Source: Candidatus Kerfeldbacteria bacterium (GTDB lineage: Bacteria > Patescibacteriota > Patescibacteriia > UBA10025 > JAHIVO01). From it: DNA of 64,000 nucleotides. Under the pieces are notes generated by a model, which made no database searches, was not told the origin of the DNA, and saw only the letters and a program-made list of their open reading frames with translations. This document shows, in pieces, positions 47,901 through 57,712 of this stretch; position 1 is the first letter of the stretch, and every line of letters begins with the position of its first letter. Location of the stretch: NCBI GenBank assembly GCA_016214565.1, contig JACROE010000002.1, positions 600,007 to 664,006 on the forward strand. The letters are read 5' to 3'. The position numbers and the translations under genes are program-made.

Positions 47901-49019
47901 ATGAATCTTTGGGCAATATTTATTACCGGGTTAACCACGGGCGCGCTGACCTGCCTGGCAGTTCAGGGAGGACTTCTCGCCAGCGTTATCGCCGGCCAGA
48001 AACAGAAAGAATTAGAGGAGACTGAAGCGCCAGCTCGCGGTATATCCCGTTTTATCAAACGGCAAGACTGGATGTCAGTTGGGTTATTCTTAGTGGCCAA
48101 GCTGGGCAGCCATATGGTGGTTGGTTTTCTGTTGGGCGCGCTTGGTTCCGTGATTACCCTCAGCCTGGGCATGCGCGTCACCTTTCAGATTATTGCCGCG
48201 CTTTTTATGATAGCCGCAGCGATGAATCTATTGAATGTCCATCCAATATTTCGCTATATCATGTTCCAGCCGCCCCGCTTCATGCAGCGCTGGGTGCGCA
48301 ATTCAGCTCGGGGGCAGTCGTTCTTTACTCCCATTATGGTCGGTGCACTGACTATTTTTGTGCCGTGCGGCGTCACACAAGCGATGGAGGTTTTGGCGAT
48401 TACTTCTGGTAATCCGGTTCAAGGTGCACTCATCCTAGGCGTGTTTGTACTTGGTACCGTGCCGCTTTTCGGTGGCATTGGGTTGATCACCGCTAAGCTA
48501 GGTGAATTATGGCGCGGCGCGTTTCTGAAGGTTACCGCGGTTGCTTTGCTGCTCATGGCACTATACAGTATCAATGGCGCGCTAGTCGTTTTGGATGTAC
48601 CCTTTTCAGCTCAGCGCTTAGCGGCGGCGTTTGCCAAACAGTCGACAAATGAATCGTCTGATGTTAATACAAATATTAAAACCAACAGCAATAGTAATTC
48701 AAATACTAAGGCTTGGCAGTCTTCCAAGAGCCAGGATTCAGCACAACAGGATTCAGTGCAGAAAGTCACCATCAATGTACAGAATAGTGGTTATAACCCA
48801 AAAAAATTCCAAGTGAAAGCCGGTACGCCAGTCGAATTAACCGTTAAAACGAACGGGGTATACTCGTGCGCAGCGGCATTTACTTTCCGCGCTTTCAATA
48901 TTAATGAAATATTGGAACCAACGGATTCTCAAACATTCCGCTTTACCCCTACTAAGCCGGGAAAGTACACGTACTCGTGCTCAATGGGGATGTATTCGGG
49001 AGTTATGGAGGTTATTTAA
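47901..49019 (+). CDS. CcdA/DsbD-like transmembrane thiol-reductant transporter fused to C-terminal cupredoxin-like domain (CSMGMYSG)
   Basis: TM Cys pair (TCLAVQ, FVPCGVT) typical of the CcdA/DsbD family; S/N-rich linker; C-terminal domain paralogous to 45288-45659. Confidence 0.55.
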   Translation: MNLWAIFITGLTTGALTCLAVQGGLLASVIAGQKQKELEETEAPARGISRFIKRQDWMSVGLFLVAKLGSHMVVGFLLGALGSVITLSLGMRVTFQIIAALFMIAAAMNLLNVHPIFRYIMFQPPRFMQRWVRNSARGQSFFTPIMVGALTIFVPCGVTQAMEVLAITSGNPVQGALILGVFVLGTVPLFGGIGLITAKLGELWRGAFLKVTAVALLLMALYSINGALVVLDVPFSAQRLAAAFAKQSTNESSDVNTNIKTNSNSNSNTKAWQSSKSQDSAQQDSVQKVTINVQNSGYNPKKFQVKAGTPVELTVKTNGVYSCAAAFTFRAFNINEILEPTDSQTFRFTPTKPGKYTYSCSMGMYSGVMEVI

Positions 49020-49137
49020 GCGCTATGACTGAAACCATTACACTCTCTATTATTGGAATGCACCCTGTGCTATGCTCGCCATGCTCGCAAGTACAGGGCG
49101 AGTTGAGTCGACGGGAAAATGTTTCACTTCTAACAAG

Positions 49138-49350
49138 CGTATGATGACTACAATAACCTTAAACATTCTTGGTATGCACTGCACTAGTTGCAGCATGAAT
49201 ATCGATGACGCACTTGAAGAGTTGCCGGGCGTTGAGGCAAGTAAAACGAGCTATGCACGCGCCACAACTGAAGTGACGTATGATCCGGCGCAGGTTTCCC
49301 AGGAAAAGATCGCTCAGACTATCCAGGACGTCGGATACCAGGTAGCGTAG
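49138..49350 (+). CDS. copZ: heavy-metal-associated (HMA) copper chaperone CopZ-like
   Basis: GMHCTSC metal-binding loop, ferredoxin-like HMA fold length (70 aa). Confidence 0.75.
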   Translation, partial: RMMTTITLNILGMHCTSCSMNIDDALEELPGVEASKTSYARATTEVTYDPAQVSQEKIAQTIQDVGYQVA

Positions 49351-49452
49351 CGTCAGCGAAACGCGCCGCTGGTTTGCTGGCTTTATCTTTGATCATGATG
49401 TTGTGGTATTGCCTGGGAGGGAGTATACTAAGAACGATTATTAGTTATTAGT

Positions 49453-49836
49453 ATGCGCATTATCGGGAAAATAGTTCTCGTGCTTGTTCTGCTCAGTTTG
49501 ATCATGCCGTTTGTGAAAACCGCGTGTGATTTGACATTGCTCAATAATCTCGAACAATATCATGCGCCGATGTGCCATCTGGAGGATCTCAGTCAAACGT
49601 TTGGCCATCTTCGTCAATTTCAGCAATTCAATGCAGCAGTGGTTGAGCCAATGAATCTGATGTTGTTATTGATTCTGTTTATAGCGGCAGTGAGTATTTC
49701 AATGACGGCGCGCGTGCGTCAGGCGTTGATGCTACCGGCAGATGAGTATGCGTTATGGAGTGGACATATGAAACCATGGGATCCGTTGCGGTTTGCTTTT
49801 TCTCATGGACGGTTGCGCCGGGTGGACTACGAGTAA
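49453..49836 (+). CDS. hypothetical membrane protein
   Basis: 127 aa, two TM helices. Confidence 0.4.
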   Translation: MRIIGKIVLVLVLLSLIMPFVKTACDLTLLNNLEQYHAPMCHLEDLSQTFGHLRQFQQFNAAVVEPMNLMLLLILFIAAVSISMTARVRQALMLPADEYALWSGHMKPWDPLRFAFSHGRLRRVDYE

Positions 49837-49863
49837 TTATTAAGAACAGTCCTCAGATGAGCT

Positions 49864-50703
49864 ATGGCAGTACATGGCTTGATTACTATTATTGAAAAAA
49901 TAAACTACATTATGGAAACACCCGAAGAGAAAAAAAGAGAATCTTTGCTTGAGTTGCTTGGTCCGAAGCGAGCCTTCATTTTTGGCATCATTGCTATGTT
50001 CATGACGGTTTCGACCATTGGCTTCTATATCTTCTTATTTACTGGTTGGGATGGCGCTTCGAGCAAGACATTCGGTACGACGACAAACGTAGATAAGACT
50101 GCCGATACGAATACCACTATAACCGACACCAATGCAGCCCCAACCACAGTCACCGTGGCTGACATTACGGCTGACGATCATATCGTGGGGAATTTAGACA
50201 CAGCTAAAGTCGTGGTGGTTGAGTACTCTGATCTGGAGTGTCCTTTCTGCAAACAGTTCCACCCGCGCCTGGAGCAACTATCCGTTGATTTCGGCGATGA
50301 GGTTGCTTGGGTTTATCGTCATTTCCCGCTTGAGTCGCTGCATCCGAAAGCACCACGCGAGGCTGAGGCATCTGAGTGCGCTGGAGAGCTCGGTGGCAAT
50401 GATGGATTCTGGGCATTTATTGATAAGGTGTATGAAGTGACTCCATCTAACAACGGATTGGAGGACAGTAAACTTCCGGAAATTGCCGGTCAGATTGGCC
50501 TTGATGTAACGAAATTTAACGATTGTTTGTCGAGTGGGAAATACAAAGATAAAGTACAGTCTCAATATGACGACGCGGTAAATGCTGGCGGTACCGGCAC
50601 TCCGTATTCAGTCGTGGTTGGCAAAGACGGTACCACAATTCCGATCAATGGCGCACAGCCCTACAGCAGCGTGAAGAGCGCCGTCGAGAGCCTATTGAAT
50701 TAA
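49864..50703 (+). CDS. DsbA-like thioredoxin-fold thiol:disulfide oxidoreductase, membrane-anchored
   Basis: N-terminal TM, T/N-rich linker, CPFC active site; start may be 49912. Confidence 0.7.
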   Translation: MAVHGLITIIEKINYIMETPEEKKRESLLELLGPKRAFIFGIIAMFMTVSTIGFYIFLFTGWDGASSKTFGTTTNVDKTADTNTTITDTNAAPTTVTVADITADDHIVGNLDTAKVVVVEYSDLECPFCKQFHPRLEQLSVDFGDEVAWVYRHFPLESLHPKAPREAEASECAGELGGNDGFWAFIDKVYEVTPSNNGLEDSKLPEIAGQIGLDVTKFNDCLSSGKYKDKVQSQYDDAVNAGGTGTPYSVVVGKDGTTIPINGAQPYSSVKSAVESLLN

Positions 50704-50766
50704 ATCATGATGATTGCCGGGCGGGGGAATCCCCGCCCAGCGTCATCGCGCATAATCATCCACTAT

Positions 50767-51321
50767 ATGAATCGAACGATTCTAATCATTATCCTGGTTG
50801 TCGTTGTAGTCGGCGGTACTGCGGCATGGGTGCTCATGTCGGGCAAAGACGGGGCGACCAATAGCAATGCAAATACCACAGTCTCCAATACCAATCGCTC
50901 AACCACATCGAATACGAACGTGACTAATGTCAATCGTGCGGCCAATCAGAATGTGAATACGGTCGCTGCCAATACCAATACAGCAACTAATGGCAACACG
51001 AATGCCAGTGCCAATGCAAACACCAATACGGCATCGAGTGCCGTATCAGTCACCGCCTCGAGTGTGAGCGGTTTCTCTCCCAGAACCGTCACCGTCAAAG
51101 CCGGCGGTACGGTTACGTGGACCAATACCGGTGGCAGCACAGTCTACGTGGCGCCAAATACTCATCCCCAACACACCGATTATGCCGGCATTTGGGATGA
51201 CGATGACAGTGGCAGAATCAGCGGTGGAGAAACGTATCGCATGACTTTTACTACGCCGGGCACATATACATATCATGATCATAACAATGCGAGTCAAACT
51301 GGTACCGTTGTTGTGGAGTAA
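50767..51321 (+). CDS. membrane-anchored cupredoxin-like protein with Asn/Thr-rich linker, canonical Cu ligands not evident
   Basis: TM anchor; long NTN low-complexity linker; C-terminal beta-sandwich pattern (VTVKAGGTVTWTN...PGTYTYHDH). Confidence 0.45.
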   Translation: MNRTILIIILVVVVVGGTAAWVLMSGKDGATNSNANTTVSNTNRSTTSNTNVTNVNRAANQNVNTVAANTNTATNGNTNASANANTNTASSAVSVTASSVSGFSPRTVTVKAGGTVTWTNTGGSTVYVAPNTHPQHTDYAGIWDDDDSGRISGGETYRMTFTTPGTYTYHDHNNASQTGTVVVE

Positions 51322-51442
51322 ATGACAACCTTTAGAGATGTGAAGTATTGTACGTATTATACCTGGCCGCACTAATGGCACGGTCAGGTTAATTTTGTTG
51401 TCAAAGTCTTTGTCTCCATGCTAGACTAGCCATACTTTACTT

Positions 51443-53221
51443 ATGCAATTACTTTGGAAATACCTCAAACAGTACAAAAAAACATTGGTTGGCGCTTTAG
51501 TTTTGGCTACTATCAATCAGTTTTTTTCGTTGATTGATCCTCAAATTTTTCGCTTGTTGATTGACCGTTATGCCAGCCGGTACCAGGAGCTTTCGCAGGG
51601 TGAATTTCTGCAGGGAGTCATTTTGTTATTACTTGCTGCAGTGGGAGTGGCGCTGGTTTCCCGTCTCGCAAAAAATTTCCAGGATTATTATGTGAATGTG
51701 ATTACCGAGCGCCTGGGTGCGCGATTGTATGAGGATAGCGTGGCACATTCATTTTCATTGCCCTTCACGGCATTTGAGGATCAGCGTTCAGGAGAATTAC
51801 TGCAGAAGCTAGAAAAAGCGCGTACTGATGCCAAGAAGCTGATCAAAAGCGCCGTGAGTGTTATTTTTCTTTCTTTGGTTGGTATTGTCCTAGTCGTGAC
51901 CTATGCTTTTTATGTGCATTGGGTCATTGGCGCCGTCTATCTTTTGATGGTTCCTTTACTTGGCTTGGTTACCTATTTCTTGAGTCGACAGATTAAGAAG
52001 GCGCAATCAGCGATTGTCCGGGAGGAAGCGGGGTTAGCCGGATCGACCACGGAAACGCTCCGCAACGTAGAATTGGTGCGCAGTTTAGGCCTGGAGGAAC
52101 AGGAAATTTCTCGTCTCAATACCGTGAATGAGACGATTCTCAAGCTTGAATTAAAGAAGGTTATCCTCGTACGGAAGTTATCATTTTGGCAGGGGACCAT
52201 GATCAATGGATTGCGTTCGGCGCTGTTGTTGTTGATGCTCTGGCTGATTTTTCAAGGGTCCATCACTATTGGCGAATTTTTAAGCCTGTACATATATTCC
52301 TTTTTTATTTTTAGTCCACTCTACGAGCTGGGGCAGGTGGCAACCGAATACCAGGAAGCAAAAGCGTCTAGTCAGCAGCTGCAGGAGATTCTCAGGATTC
52401 AACCAGAACCGCGGCCGGATCATCCCCAACCAGCTGGTGAGCTCAAACAGATAGCATTCCGTGAGGTGAGTTTTACCTATGCGTCAGCCCCGCAGCCAGC
52501 GTTGCAGGGGATCAGCCTGACGATGCGATCGGGTGAGACCGTGGCTTTCGTCGGACCGTCCGGTTCCGGGAAGACCACTATGGTGAAATTGTTGGCTGGT
52601 CTCTACCGGCCCGAGGCTGGCACCATCCGCATCAATGAGGTCGATACCCAAGCGCTTGATTTCGTTCAATTTCGACAGCGCATCGGTTTAGTTGCTCAGG
52701 AAACTCAGTTGTTTGCCGGTACGATTCGGGAAAATCTACTCTTTGTCAGGCCTCAGGCAAGTGATGACGAGTGCCGTGCTGCTCTAACTGCGTCTGCGGC
52801 TGATTCTATTCTTCGTCGCGCTAGCCAAGGACTCGACACGAAGATCGGCGAGGGTGGTTTGAAGTTATCCGGTGGTGAACGCCAACGGTTGGCGATCGCA
52901 CGCGCTTTGCTCCGTCAGCCGGATTTGATAATCTTTGATGAGGCAACCAGCAGCCTGGACTCAATTACCGAGCGGGCGATTACTGAAACTATCCGTGACA
53001 TCGAAAAAACGCATACACAGTTAATCACCGTGCTGGTGGCTCATCGTTTATCGACCATCGCACATGCGGACCGCATCTATGTCTTTGAGCACGGTGCCAT
53101 CATTGAACATGGCTCACATGAAGCCTTGCTTAAACAAGGCGGCCTGTACGCCGCACTATGGCGAGAGCAGGTGCATCGCACTGATGGATTCTCCGCAGGC
53201 GTGTCGAGGGCGTCTGCGTAA
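51443..53221 (+). CDS. ABC exporter, fused permease/ATPase (MsbA-like)
   Basis: 6-TM N-terminal domain; Walker A GPSGSGKTT, signature LSGGERQR, Walker B IIFDEATS. Confidence 0.9.
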   Translation: MQLLWKYLKQYKKTLVGALVLATINQFFSLIDPQIFRLLIDRYASRYQELSQGEFLQGVILLLLAAVGVALVSRLAKNFQDYYVNVITERLGARLYEDSVAHSFSLPFTAFEDQRSGELLQKLEKARTDAKKLIKSAVSVIFLSLVGIVLVVTYAFYVHWVIGAVYLLMVPLLGLVTYFLSRQIKKAQSAIVREEAGLAGSTTETLRNVELVRSLGLEEQEISRLNTVNETILKLELKKVILVRKLSFWQGTMINGLRSALLLLMLWLIFQGSITIGEFLSLYIYSFFIFSPLYELGQVATEYQEAKASSQQLQEILRIQPEPRPDHPQPAGELKQIAFREVSFTYASAPQPALQGISLTMRSGETVAFVGPSGSGKTTMVKLLAGLYRPEAGTIRINEVDTQALDFVQFRQRIGLVAQETQLFAGTIRENLLFVRPQASDDECRAALTASAADSILRRASQGLDTKIGEGGLKLSGGERQRLAIARALLRQPDLIIFDEATSSLDSITERAITETIRDIEKTHTQLITVLVAHRLSTIAHADRIYVFEHGAIIEHGSHEALLKQGGLYAALWREQVHRTDGFSAGVSRASA

Positions 53222-53233
53222 GGCTTAAATACT

Positions 53234-54418
53234 ATGAATTTTACGAAAAAAAATATTATTTTGATGATTGTGATTGCCGGTCTCATTCCGTGGTTGGCGC
53301 ACGCACAAACGGAGGCTCAGCCCCAAGGTGATGTCTTTACGGCGCGGGTTACGGCTGTAGTCAGTGAGCAAACGGTTTCAGTTGAGACAGGTGGAACGGT
53401 CGTGCAGCAGGTATTGAAGTTGCGAGCGTTGGACGGTGAGCGGGCGGGGCAGGAGCTGATTTTTGATGGAACTAAGATCCAGGCGATAGCACAGAATACC
53501 TACGCAGTCGGCGATAAGGTTATCGTTGCACATAGTTTGGGGGTCGATGGCGCTGACCAATTCTATGTGGTGGATTTTGTGCGGCGATCGCCATTGTACT
53601 GGCTCGCCGCTCTCTTTGCTGCCATAGTCGTCGTGGTTGGCCGGTTGAAAGGTATTCGGGCACTGTTCGTGCTCGCGCTCTCTTTCCTGGTAATTTTTTG
53701 GTTTATTATCCCGCAGATTGTAGCTGGCTCTTCGCCGCTCGTTATAAGTATTATTGGCACGTTTGGTATTTTAGTATTTGCCATTTATCTGACGGAGGGG
53801 TTTCATCGCAGTTCTACCATTGCCGTTACCTCGATATTTATCTCTTTGGTGATTACCGCGCTGCTCGCCCTTTGGTTTACTGCGCTGACAAAATTAACCG
53901 GTTTTGCCAGCGAAGAAGCGATTTATTTGATCGGATTAGGCGAAGGGAACATTAATATCCGTGGATTGCTTTTAGCTGGAATTATCATTGGTGCGCTGGG
54001 CGTGCTGGATGATGTGGCAGTTTCGCAGACCGCCTTGGTAGGCGAATTGCGCCAGGCCAATCCGAGATTAACCAATCGAGAATTATATCGTCGAGCGATG
54101 CGTGTGGGTATATCCCATATGGGCTCTATGGTTAATACGTTATTTTTTGCTTATGCCGGTGCGGCGCTTCCCTTGCTCATATTATTTAGCTCATCAGAAA
54201 TTAACGCACCAACATTTTCGCAGGGGATTAATAGTGAAATGGTAGCTACTGAAATTGTGCGGACGATGGTTGGTAGTATCGGATTAATTTTAGCGGTGCC
54301 GATTACTACTGCATTAGCCGTGTGGTGGGGGACGAGATCTCGCGATAGGTTACTCCAGGACGAGCAGCAGCGCCATCAGTCCGATCCCCACAATCATCGC
54401 ACCGAGCTGGGCAGCTGA
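53234..54418 (+). CDS. YibE/F-family membrane protein
   Basis: Signal/TM plus periplasmic segment then multi-TM YibE/F-like core. Confidence 0.6.
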   Translation: MNFTKKNIILMIVIAGLIPWLAHAQTEAQPQGDVFTARVTAVVSEQTVSVETGGTVVQQVLKLRALDGERAGQELIFDGTKIQAIAQNTYAVGDKVIVAHSLGVDGADQFYVVDFVRRSPLYWLAALFAAIVVVVGRLKGIRALFVLALSFLVIFWFIIPQIVAGSSPLVISIIGTFGILVFAIYLTEGFHRSSTIAVTSIFISLVITALLALWFTALTKLTGFASEEAIYLIGLGEGNINIRGLLLAGIIIGALGVLDDVAVSQTALVGELRQANPRLTNRELYRRAMRVGISHMGSMVNTLFFAYAGAALPLLILFSSSEINAPTFSQGINSEMVATEIVRTMVGSIGLILAVPITTALAVWWGTRSRDRLLQDEQQRHQSDPHNHRTELGS

Positions 54419-55132
54419 TTTGCCTAAATGCTCTTCGCGTTTGAGCTCGGGGATGAGGTCCGCGGCGACAATATAAATGAATCCACCAATCGTTAAGGGA
54501 ATGAAGTAGCGCTCTGCCACCGCAGAGCTATTGGCGATGGTCAGCGCGATGACTGCACCGAGGATTGCGATTATCGCTGAGATGACATTGAAAAACAGCG
54601 CCCGTTTTTTAGTGTATCCGGCGTGAATAAGAATGCTGAAGTCGCCGATTTCCTGAGGGATTTCATGCAGGATGACCGCGAGGGTGGTGGCCACGCCGAG
54701 GGTGGTATCCACCAGGAAAGCCCCCGCAATAATCATGCCATCCAGCAGATTATGAAAGCCGTCACCGATGAGGTTATTTAAACCGACGGGGTGGCGGTGT
54801 TGTTCCGTGGTGGGGATATGGCAATGGCGCCAGTGAAGAAATTTCTCCAGGGCAAAAAATACCACAATGCCGGTGATGATGAGCAAGGGGATGCGCATAC
54901 TTCCGTCATCTTGGGCATAAGCTTCGGGGAGTAAATGCAAAAATGCATCGCCAATCAATGAGCCGGCTGCAAAACTGACCAGCAGCAATAGCATTTTACG
55001 GAGCCGATCAATTGATAGCGAAATAGTCACTGCCCCAATAAATGAGACAAGGCTGACGAGAGTGACGCTGATAAGGGTTTGGAGCCAGATTGAAGTCATA
55101 GTTTGTATCGTTAGTGTGCGCATTGCTGGCAC
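54350..55132 (-). CDS. ZIP-family zinc transporter (ZupT-like)
   Basis: HEIPQEIGDF and GFHNLLDGM ZIP signatures; start may be 55099 (MTSIW). Confidence 0.8.
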   Translation of the reverse strand: MPAMRTLTIQTMTSIWLQTLISVTLVSLVSFIGAVTISLSIDRLRKMLLLLVSFAAGSLIGDAFLHLLPEAYAQDDGSMRIPLLIITGIVVFFALEKFLHWRHCHIPTTEQHRHPVGLNNLIGDGFHNLLDGMIIAGAFLVDTTLGVATTLAVILHEIPQEIGDFSILIHAGYTKKRALFFNVISAIIAILGAVIALTIANSSAVAERYFIPLTIGGFIYIVAADLIPELKREEHLGKSAAQLGAMIVGIGLMALLLVLE

Positions 55133-55497
55133 AGGCCAGTAATGGATACTTGGTGTATCACCTGGGTAAATCCTTTTGGCGCTGGTATTTCTGTAGTGCA
55201 GGGGAGACAGGCGATTGTGCGGCAGCGGCGGCAGACTGCGTGATGGTGGGGAGAATCAGCGGCGTAAAATTTTCGTTCACCCAAAATAAGTTCCTCAAAA
55301 ATAACTTCTAGTTTTAATAATAATTCAATCGTCCGATAGATTGAGGCTTGGTCAATGCCGGTTCGCCTCAGGCCGCGAACTATTTCCTGGATTGTTTTTG
55401 GCTTCTGTTGTTTAGCCAAATAATCCAGCACCAATGTGCGTGGTCGGGTTATCTTCGTATGGGTTTGTTTGAGTTTATCCTCAGGTGGCATAGGCAA
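55111..55497 (-). CDS. Fur-family metalloregulator (likely Zur)
   Basis: DNA-binding wHTH; HHHAVCRRC...CLPC metal sites; adjacent ZIP transporter gene. Confidence 0.75.
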   Translation of the reverse strand: MPMPPEDKLKQTHTKITRPRTLVLDYLAKQQKPKTIQEIVRGLRRTGIDQASIYRTIELLLKLEVIFEELILGERKFYAADSPHHHAVCRRCRTIACLPCTTEIPAPKGFTQVIHQVSITGLCQQCAH

Positions 55498-55521
55498 CGG
55501 GGAGTATAGCAGGGGTATTTT

Positions 55522-55546
55522 CTATTTGCAAATATTTTGCAAATAG
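55522..55546. promoter_or_regulatory. perfect palindrome CTATTTGCAAA-TAT-TTTGCAAATAG, candidate Zur/Fur operator
   Basis: 11-bp perfect inverted arms, 25 nt upstream of the Fur-family gene start, in the divergent intergenic region. Confidence 0.55.
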
Positions 55547-55601
55547 AAAGCCATGGACATAATTTGACATTGTTCGATGGTACGGTAGACTGAGTATCAC
55601 T

Positions 55602-55841
55602 ATGACGAAAACCACCGCTCAGAAAAAGACGCAGAAGAAAGCAGATTTGATTACCGCTGATATGCTGATGGGTGACATCGTGGGGCAGTATCCGCAGGCG
55701 ACGGAGATTTTGGTGCGGTATGGGTTTCATTGCATCGGATGTATGATTTCTCCGTATGAGTCACTGGAGTCTGGTGCGGCGGTGCATGGCATCCCCATCA
55801 AGCCCTTGATTGAAGAATTGAACGCGGCGGTGAAGGGATAA
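55602..55841 (+). CDS. DUF1858-domain protein (hybrid-cluster-protein-associated redox disulfide domain)
   Basis: 79 aa; ...LVRYGFHCIGCMISPYESLESGAAVHGI matches DUF1858. Confidence 0.65.
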   Translation: MTKTTAQKKTQKKADLITADMLMGDIVGQYPQATEILVRYGFHCIGCMISPYESLESGAAVHGIPIKPLIEELNAAVKG

Positions 55842-55928
55842 TCAGCATCGCATGAATAATAAAAGGGCCAGGCATGTCAGATGACATACCTGGCCGGTTT
55901 TGGGGATTAACCCCGCTCTTCAATAATC

Positions 55929-56474
55929 CTAAACGTCGATGATTAGGTTCCCGATGTAGTTGAACCTCACTTCCTTCATTGGCTTGGTGGCGTTAGCATT
56001 GGATTGGTTCAGGTAGTCGTTGCCGACAATGGGGGGCGAGATGCCCGTAACTCCTTCCGTGTTGGTCGCCGCGTCATTAAACTGCGTCATAATTGCGTTC
56101 GCCAGGCCGCTCGACATCTGTCTCGTCATAGGGCCGGCGCGCTCGAAGCCGGAGATCGTCATGGTAATCGCGGTAACATCCGAGTACTGCGTCGTCGGCG
56201 GAGAATTGATTATCGCCGATGTCAGGGAATGTGCCGCGAAAGTCTGGGCAGCCGACTCGGTATTAGCGATAACCGGCGGCGCCGTTCCTGAAAACATGGC
56301 CGTGTCGTTGGCGGTGAGAATACCCATCGAATTTGGCGGCGACATATCCGTAGTCACCGACACGCTCGTGTTATCCTGCGGAATATATGCTGCAGGATTA
56401 GGATATCCGTACGCCGTCACAGCGAGAACTAGGATAGTACAAAGGATTGTACTAATGAAACTGATTCGTTTCAT
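55929..56474 (-). CDS. secreted hypothetical protein
   Basis: Signal peptide MKRISFISTILCTILVLAVTAYG; Ala/Thr/Ser-rich. Confidence 0.45.
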   Translation of the reverse strand: MKRISFISTILCTILVLAVTAYGYPNPAAYIPQDNTSVSVTTDMSPPNSMGILTANDTAMFSGTAPPVIANTESAAQTFAAHSLTSAIINSPPTTQYSDVTAITMTISGFERAGPMTRQMSSGLANAIMTQFNDAATNTEGVTGISPPIVGNDYLNQSNANATKPMKEVRFNYIGNLIIDV

Positions 56475-56788
56475 GTAAAGACTCCTTGTCTTCTCGTTTG
56501 AACGGTTTTGTGGATTGCTCCAGTAGTAACTACTTGTCACATCGATGTAATGCTGCCTCCTTTGTCAGCGGGTGACGTGACTGTTTCATCATGAAACAGT
56601 AGAAAATATTGGAGTTTATATTGAAGTTTTTTTGAAAGGGCAATAATTATTATCAATAGTAGCATCAAACCATACCAGACTCAATATTTTTGTCAATATG
56701 GCATTTTCCTTATTCGGAACTGTTTTAATTTACAGAAAATTAGTGTATACTAGAGGCTCCACCTAATTATATAGATGGTAATCGGCCT

Positions 56789-57712
56789 ATGCCGGTTCAG
56801 ACATTGCAAATACATAAACTAACCTGGATCAATATTGGCTCTCTGCGGGAGGAGCATGTTAATTATTTGCAGGAAAAGTTTCATTTTCACCCGCTAGATC
56901 TCAAGGACTGCCTGGAGGGGGTGCAACGCCCGAAACTTGACGTCTACAAAAATTATCTTTTCATGATATTTCATTTCCCCCGGTTTGATCCCGAAACGCG
57001 ACGCGTCGGGATCAATTCAGTTAATTTTTTTCTGGGGCACGACTTCCTGATCAGCATTGCCAATGAGCCGAACGAGTTTATTACCAACTACTACCAGCGA
57101 TTGGAGAAAAAAGCGCAGCGCCAGTTTCCCTACGATCCGTTTAAAAATAGCGCTGGATATCTCCTGTATAAATTAGTTGATGGTTTGTACCACGAGAGTC
57201 TGCCCGTGGTCAATATGATCGGTCAGTATTTGAATGATGTGGAAGAAGACGTCTATTCAAACCAGAATAAGCAGGCGACGACGAATTTAGCCATTATCCG
57301 CCGCAATATCCTGAGCCTCCGCCGTATCCTGGAGCCACAGATCAAGATGGTTGATCGCTTAGTCAATATTGAAAATCAGTCCATACCGCAGAAGCTCGGC
57401 GTGTACATTGATGACGTGCATGATTATATGGAGAATTCATGGTCAGCACTGGAGAATTATCGAGACGCCGTTGATAGCCTGTATGACACCAATGAATCAT
57501 TCATCAATCAGCGGACGAATGATGTGATTAAGATGCTGACGACGATTTCCGTTGCGTTATTACCTATGACCCTCTTGGCCAGCATCTACGGCATGAATAT
57601 CGTTGGACTGCCGTTCGCCGATCATGCGGTGGGCGTCTGGATTATTTTTGGCGTGATGGCGGCAATTGTCGCTGGGAGCATTTATTTCGCGCGGCGTAAT
57701 AATATAATTTGA
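56789..57712 (+). CDS. corA: CorA-family magnesium transporter
   Basis: Two C-terminal TM helices with the YGMN signature; cytoplasmic N-domain. Confidence 0.85.
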   Translation: MPVQTLQIHKLTWINIGSLREEHVNYLQEKFHFHPLDLKDCLEGVQRPKLDVYKNYLFMIFHFPRFDPETRRVGINSVNFFLGHDFLISIANEPNEFITNYYQRLEKKAQRQFPYDPFKNSAGYLLYKLVDGLYHESLPVVNMIGQYLNDVEEDVYSNQNKQATTNLAIIRRNILSLRRILEPQIKMVDRLVNIENQSIPQKLGVYIDDVHDYMENSWSALENYRDAVDSLYDTNESFINQRTNDVIKMLTTISVALLPMTLLASIYGMNIVGLPFADHAVGVWIIFGVMAAIVAGSIYFARRNNII

